Of a DNA stretch of 64,000 nucleotides, positions 55,647 through 64,000 are shown piece after piece. The notes under the pieces are model-generated. The model saw only the letters and a program-made list of their open reading frames with translations. It did no database searches and was not told the DNA's origin. Source of the stretch: the human T2T-CHM13v2.0 reference genome, Homo sapiens. The position numbers and the translations under genes were made by a program. Position 1 is the stretch's first letter, and each line of letters opens with the position of its first letter. Location of the stretch: NCBI RefSeq assembly GCF_009914755.1, contig NC_060942.1; one strand, given 5' to 3'.

Positions 55647-58600
55647 AGATCTTTACTTACTCCCACACCCCAAAATAGAAATACATGTAAAATTGTGCCT
55701 ATAAAATAAACTTCTTCTCAAAGGTGAATGAGTAAGGCTGCTATTACTTATTGGAAAAACAAAATAATATGGTAGATCAGTTTTTGATATCTAATCATTT
55801 TGGCTTATGTTTACTATGGCAATAGATGTTGAAAGTGATGACTAACAAATGAAATCATGACACTACACTTTGCCTGGCGATGATGGGTGTGGTGTACACT
55901 GCTAGTTGCTGAGGCAACATCATGTCTCTATTTCGTCCTCATTAAGAAAATTGTAATTTTTACAGGAATGGCAGTGTGCCCAGTGAAAAAACTACAGTTA
56001 CCAGACTCTCTTGCAGCTAAAGATGGTTGTGAGATGTAGTTCAGGCAAGATATACATTTATTGGGGTTTCTGGAAATGTTCCACTTCCTGCTATAGCCAC
56101 TTATCCTCCCTTCTTCATCTTTCTTCTTCTTCTCCTGGCTTGCTAATGTAACTCTCCGATGCTCAGCAGTTACACATGCAGGACAGAAAAGCTGAAAGGT
56201 CAAATGAGCTGGCCCTGGAGCAGCTGCACTGGGCCCTGAAATGAATACCTTCATAGTGTTTGCAAGATAAATAAACCTCTTATTTGTTTAAGCAGCGTCA
56301 ACGTTTCTGTTACTCTCAGTTAAATCAATCCCAATCAGAGAGTGCAGATTGAGAAACATCAAAATTTTCCAAAATTCTATGGGTTTTATTCATATCAAGT
56401 TGTCATCTTTACTTTCAGATGAAGGAGAGCTTTAGAAAGATGTGTTTGTTGTCTGTGTGCTTCATTGCAACAGCCCTGCCACACTAGGAGGAAGACAGGT
56501 TTTGGGTCCTGTCTTGGTGATAAAGATAAAACTAAAGGACAATCAAATCTCATCAAACTTCTCTCTGAGGTAAGCTGTTGAATACAATATTTTATTGAAT
56601 ATAATAAAAGCAAAGAGAAATGTCAACAATAATGATACCAGAATGCATCCTGTATTTCCATTAATGAGGAAACTGTTCTGGAATTAATACATGGAATTGA
56701 TTGTATGGTATATTGCCTATTTGCAGTGTCATCCCATGCCATTATCTAACTATTTACAGAAAAAAAAAAAGAAAAAACTTCTATGTAAAAGCAAGGAAAA
56801 TGAGAGAAAGAATAATTTCAAAGGGGGATCTAATTTCAGATGATGAATGCCAGCTGTCAATGAACCTATACCGACTGTGTTTTTGATAAAACTAATAGTC
56901 CAAGCACCTAGAACTGTTACCCCTTTAATTGTTGATCCCTCATTTTTTAAATCATAAATATGAGTGGCTACCTGCCTCCTTCACAAGGTCGTGGTGAGAA
57001 GCAAATTGATGCCAGTGCCATTTTTTCCACCTCAATTCCTTGGGTTGCACAATTTTGTGGGAATTTCCTGGGAAAACTTCAAAGCAATTTAAATAGATCT
57101 GTCCCAACCATGCAATTACAGGAGCTGATGACGTTTCAGAAACAGTGACAAAGTTCAGAATCCCATTCTTCCATCCTAGATGGGAAACATCAACTTTCCT
57201 GATGGTGAGTTTGTCAGAGTCCATTCCCAAGAGTGGGGGTGGGGAGGTGGGGGTGGAGGCTGTTGACAGGCAATGATTTCTGTGGAGTAGAAGAGAGGAA
57301 AAGAGAAAAAGAATTTGTTAGTTGTAACAGACACTTCGGTTAATTGGTCTTCATCCACCTTTTCCTTGCCTGCCTCTCAATATAGATGCTGAAAAAGCAA
57401 GATACTCATTTTTTCCAGCCACCCTTGCAGAGCCAGAAAGCCCATGAGATTCAATAGATGTAAGACTGAGAGAGATTTTCATTCCTGGATGAAAGGAGAC
57501 AGGCCTGGGAGAAGAGTTTTCTCTTGCCATCTTTGCAGTCTCTCCACTCCTGACGTGTACAGGGTCAGGTAAAGACTTGCTGTCTAGAAGTGTGGCAATG
57601 ATTGGGTGGCCATGAATCATGAAACTTAAAGACAAAAACTAAACATGCTGCAGATTTGGAGTGGAAGGAAAGAAAGAGCATGGGACCCATGACCAGTCTG
57701 GGAAAATCTACCTCTGAACATCTTATTAAGTACACATTGAATGTCCTTCCTTAGCAAGTAGGTTGTTCCTGCCAGGTCTCGTATCCCTCAGTCTTGAAGA
57801 ACATACACTGACACAGATGAGTGGGATGCACAAAATCATAGGGATTCAAGAAAGGTAACCCCAAAGAAACTCAAAGACAATACAACTCTTAACAGTTATA
57901 TTATGAATAACCAGTCTCAAACTTAGCATGTTAGTTCTTGGAAATATTTACCTGGCAGAGTAAGAACCCGCTGGGACAATTACAGGGTTCTTCAGCCACT
58001 GAATCGATTTTAAATCAGTTTCTGTCTGGGAGAAATTTGGAATATCTCCTTCATTGAGAAGGGGCACAATAAGCACAGCTATAAAAATCAAGGAAACCAT
58101 GAAAATAGTTTCTTATATTAATACAGCAAACATATTCCTGAAGGGATTGATAATTTCATTTTGTTTTTAATAATAATTAATCTTTGCAATATCCTGGTGG
58201 AGAGATGGAGAGATAAAGGATGATTACTACCACTTTAGAGGGGGAAAGATAGAAAGGACATGACATTAAATGATTACCTGTAAGCCATAGTTAAAATGTA
58301 GCCCCATGTAGACAGCCAGTAAGACAGCAGAGGTAAGATTCCAGATAGCTTAAGTTGCAGTCTGGCCTCTGTCCCTCAGGCACTCTCTCTAATGACTCAG
58401 CAGGTCCCAATGAGTCACTCAGTGCCTTGCACCTCCCAGAAACTAGGCTAGGATATAAAGAGAACACAGATTTAAAAAGAAAACCAAACTAACTCATTCA
58501 AACCATTGTAATTAAGGCAATCTAGTCATTTTTTGACTCTTAAACCTTTAGAATAAAAAGGCAGCAAAGGAGAAAAAACGAAATAAGGAAATCACCAATA

Positions 58601-59174
58601 TAAAGAAATATACAAGAATACTTAAATGTCAGCAATATTGTCAAACAACTTCTACAAAGTAAGCAAAAATGGAGTAACTAGAAGTAGCAGAGGAGAGAAA
58701 TATCATAAATATGTTAAGCATTGAGAGTTAGCTAGGGTTGTCAGCAAATAAAACTTTTTGTTTGTTAATATGGCATGCTATAACTCTTTCAAAATAACGT
58801 AAGTGGCTTGAAATAAAGTCTACATAAGCCACATGGCCTTTAGAATATAAATAACACTGCCTGAGTGTAAACCCTTGCCTTGCCACTTACTAGCAGTGCC
58901 ATTTAGCTTCTCACTGCCTTAACTTTACTGATTAAGTTTATTGCGGTAGTAGTAACAGCTCCAGCCTCAGAGGGCTCTCACTTAAGAGTTAATTTATCTA
59001 AAATTTCTGAAACGGCACCTGGCCCAGAGTGAATACTATGCAAGTGTTTATTATTACAAGAATTGAATAATGTAATTAACAGGTATTTTAAAACATATTC
59101 ATATATATATTTAATATAAACATTTGGAAGACGTAAAGAACTGATCATATCTTAGGACTTTAAGAATATCTCAG

Positions 59175-59489
<315 letters not shown>

Positions 59490-60029
59490 TTACAAAATAT
59501 GAAACCCACATTCTCTGGCTACACTACAATAAGTAACCAATAATTATTTTTTTAACGGTAACATTTAAACACCCCCTCTTTGCCTCAACCCTCCACCACT
59601 GAATAAGGCATGTTGTTTTACAGGGGTGAGAAGTTGGTTGATTATTGGTGGTAGCATTTTTCCTACCATGGAACCACGAGAAATTTCCCCTTTTTCTTTG
59701 TTAAGCAAGATAGCTGGTCTCGAAGTCCTTGAGTTCTGGATATCCCTGACCTAGAGGAAAGCTAATATTGTTTTATGAGGCACATTAGGGGAAACAAGTT
59801 TTGTTCTGGGGGTGCAAAAAGAAAGTGGCCCTTCCTGGGGAGATAGTTGGATTTTATGAGACCAAGAGTTGGGAGTGTCTTCAGGTACAGGACCTTGGTT
59901 GGGGACTGGCTCCTGTCCTCCAATAGAGAACCAAATACCATGGCTTTTGGAGCTCAGCCAAGATCCCCAAGGCCAGATTTGATGTTAAGGGTGTGAAAGC
60001 CATGATCAGAACCTGTCCTCTAATAAAAT

Positions 60030-61425
60030 TATATTGTAGGCATCTATTGTTACATAGCAAACTGTCCCAAAACTTTAAATTGTTGACTTACAACAATTTA
60101 TTACATCTCCTGATTTTGTGGGTCTGGAATTTGGATAGGGATCAGCTGGGTGGTTCTTCTGTTCTAAGAAGGGTTGGCAAAGATCATTCAGTGTTATTCA
60201 GCTGACAGGTGGGCTGGGCTGGAGGGTTCTAAGATAGTTTCCTACACAGGAAGGCTTTGTGCATGTGTCTGGTCAAAGATGGCTGAAGAATCCACTTAGG
60301 AGGGTTGGTTGAGCAGAGCACCTACATGTGGCTTGTGCAGCATGATGATCTCAGTGCAGCCAGACATTGTAGATGGTGGCTCAGGACTCCAAGAGTGAAT
60401 GAGACAGAGCACCATGGTCTTTTATAACCTACAACAGAAGTCCTCTACGGTCACAGGTACTATTTACTGGTCAACTCAGTCACAAGCCAGCCCAGATAAA
60501 AGGGAAGGGCTCATAACCCCCTTAGTAGTAGGAATGTCAAAAACTTTGCAACCACAACTTTAAACCACAACAGCTATGTCAGTATAAGCTTAGGGGAACA
60601 TCAAAATGAACTGGGAATCAGGGTCCTTTCTCCCATTTCATGGACTACATAAGCCACCAGAATTCATGTGTAAATGTACCTGATGGAAGAGAAGCCAGAA
60701 GGAGGCTGATGGTTTTAATTAAATATTTTTAATCGCATCAAGAAAATATCCATAAATTCTTACTTTACTGAAGTTTTAAAACTGTTACATATTTAAAACA
60801 AATGTATTCATGTAAAAAGTACCACAAAATTTAAAATATCTCTTCTTCACTGTACCTCAACAGATTTCTGTTGGCTGCTGTGGCAAATGTCACACACTTA
60901 GTGACTTCAAATAACCCAGATGTATCATCTGACAGGGTGGAGATGGTAAGTGCAGCATAGGTCTCATTGAGCTAAAATGTACATGTTCAAAGCACTGAGT
61001 TCCTTCCTAGAGACTCTTGTAGAGAATCTGTTTACTTGCTCATTTAGGTTGCTGGCAGAATTTAGTTCTTGGAGGTTGTAGAACTGAGATCCTCATTTCC
61101 CCATTCCTAAGTTCCAAAGGCCATCCACATTCTTTGGCTCAGGGCCTCTCCTTCATCTTCAAAGCCAGCAATGGCAGGTCCAACTCTTGTCAGACTTTGC
61201 ATCTTTCTCCCTCTTCCTGACTTCAGCCAGAAAAGATAACCTGCTGTGAAAGATTCAGGTGATTAGATTGTCTGCATTTAGATAAATCCAGGATAATCTC
61301 CCCATCTCAAGATCCTTAACTTAATCACACCTGCAAAGTTCCTTTTGTCAGAAAAGGCAATATACTCACAGTTTCTGGGGATTAAGATGTGGATATGTTT
61401 GGGGGCCATTATTCTGCCTATCACA
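60030..61425 (-). mobile_element. Two old MLT1-type MaLR LTRs (~60030-60572, ~60850-61425)
   Basis: tgtgggtctggaatttgg..cagctgggtggttctt; ccttcatcttcaaagccagcaatgg...aggataatctccccatctcaagatccttaacttaatcacacctgcaaag...gggggccattattctgcct. Confidence 0.6.
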
Positions 61426-62849
61426 CTCAAAGCTCCCTATCTGATTTCCAAAATCTTCTTGCTCTATTACCAGTGTAAACTACTATTTCTGGATTTTCTT
61501 GTTTAGGTTAGACCTTAGCATTAGGGCATTAACTGTTGACTAACTTTCATAAATGTAATGCTTTAATTCTTTTATATAACCACACACTCACACACATACA
61601 TATTGTTTCTTCTCTCATTCTCCCAAAAGTGTTATATCCCAATTTTTGGAGGTATTCAAATTATTATAAGCCAGTAAATATTTTTATAACTAAAACATAT
61701 ATTGTGCTATGATTATTTTTTCCTGTATAACTTTTCTTGTACAACTGCAGTCTCATTATTTGTCACATGTTTTTCATTCACTTAATTTTCTATGTATTGG
61801 TCATCTTTGAAGTTTTCATCAGAATTGGAAATTATTTCTCAGTACATTGAAACACAACAGATAATCTATCCATTTTTCTTTCTTCTTGAAACATCCCTAC
61901 TTGTCCTCATGCTTTTTCCTTTGAACTTGGATGGATTTCTCTCTAGTCTACTATAGCTACTAACCTTAAGATATCCTTAAGTTACTCTTTGTATCACTCC
62001 CGGTGATACTTAGTGAGTTATCTTATTATCACTCCCAGGATTCCCTTCATATTTCTCCTATGTTGGGGATCACCTGTCTCTGGGTTTACTCCCTCTTTTT
62101 GTTGGAGCACATCCTTCAATAGGTCCCTGAGAAAAAGTGCATGATTATTTTTTCTTTTTTAGTTTGAATGCTTTAAAATCTCTTTATTCCACTCATTTGT
62201 ATGTCTATTTGTTTACTGGTTAGGCTGTGTGTAGTATTCTGGGTTGGAAATCTGTCTCCAGAACAAAGCTGAGATTTGTGGGGGTATGGTGTGGCCAGTG
62301 GCCTACATGGCATGTCATAGCAATGGAGTGACAGAGAAGGATACTTGTGAAGAGAGAGTTAACCAGAATGATGTCTCCCCAAGAACATTCTCAGGAAGAT
62401 CACTTTCAGAAGAGAATAGACATGGTACTTGAGGATCTGAGAACTAATTCTTTTAAACTATCCATACCTGCTTACTTAAGAGAACTTTACATGTATTTAA
62501 CCTCTAGACTTTCATGTACTTACCCCAGTTTGCATACTGCTGTTCTAAAACATCAAATCTTCCTGGAAATGTGGGAACCAAGAGGTAGAGAGACATAAAT
62601 ACCAGACTCCCTTTCTTCTTTACTTATCTCCCAAAACCAGAGACAAAAAGCTTTAGCTATTTTTTTCTTCTGTATCACATCCTTTTCCCACCCTATAGAA
62701 CACCAGTAAAAGTGGTTAGGTGGCCTCTTTGTGATTTTGATGTTCAGTAACCTAAATTTCTCTAGATTATAGAATCCAGAATACTCAGATATGGCCATGA
62801 GTGATGACAATTGTCCTTTATTATTGTTCGTTTTAAAATTTATATTAGA

Positions 62850-63809
<960 letters not shown>

Positions 63810-64000
63810 TAAGGAAAAGAAAGACTTCAATAATTTTCTAATCACCTGTATCTTTGTTGTGAGCAATTTTGGCATATGTGCCTGCTAACGTCATACTAAA
63901 AATTATGATTAATTTTAGAAACATTTTAAAGGAAGTAATTAAGTCCTAGAGACTAGGTATTATGGCAGTGTTATAACCTTACGCTAAGTTTTTTATTTTT

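Noticed and set aside
62560-62568. Isolated GAS motif TTCCTGGAA
   Set aside because: A single 9-mer is expected by chance in 64 kb and has no supporting context.

Overview
Primate (very likely human) genomic DNA containing the complete SOCS6 locus on the + strand. A CpG-island promoter (~9500-10900) is followed by a short non-coding first exon ending at the donor at 10160/10161. A ~35.4 kb repeat-rich intron (10161-45605) leads to one large terminal exon (45606-~51260) holding 126 nt of 5'UTR, the uninterrupted 535-aa CDS (45732-47339; SH2 domain + SOCS box) and a ~3.9 kb 3'UTR. The rest is mostly transposon-derived: about 30 Alus, ERV1/MaLR LTRs, L1/L2/MIR remnants and Tigger/Charlie DNA transposons. 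The most notable observations are: (1) a MER41B-type LTR ~6.5 kb upstream with two intact tandem GAS (STAT) motifs; (2) a complex templated insertion in intron 1, stitched from two nearby segments inside an AT-rich palindrome; (3) a stack of uORFs directly before the SOCS6 start; (4) ARE/MARE motifs on both sides of the coding exon; (5) a dense miRNA-seed cluster and a Pumilio element overlapping the distal polyA signal. Repeat subfamily names come from recalled consensus sequences and repeat boundaries are approximate; no database search was run.
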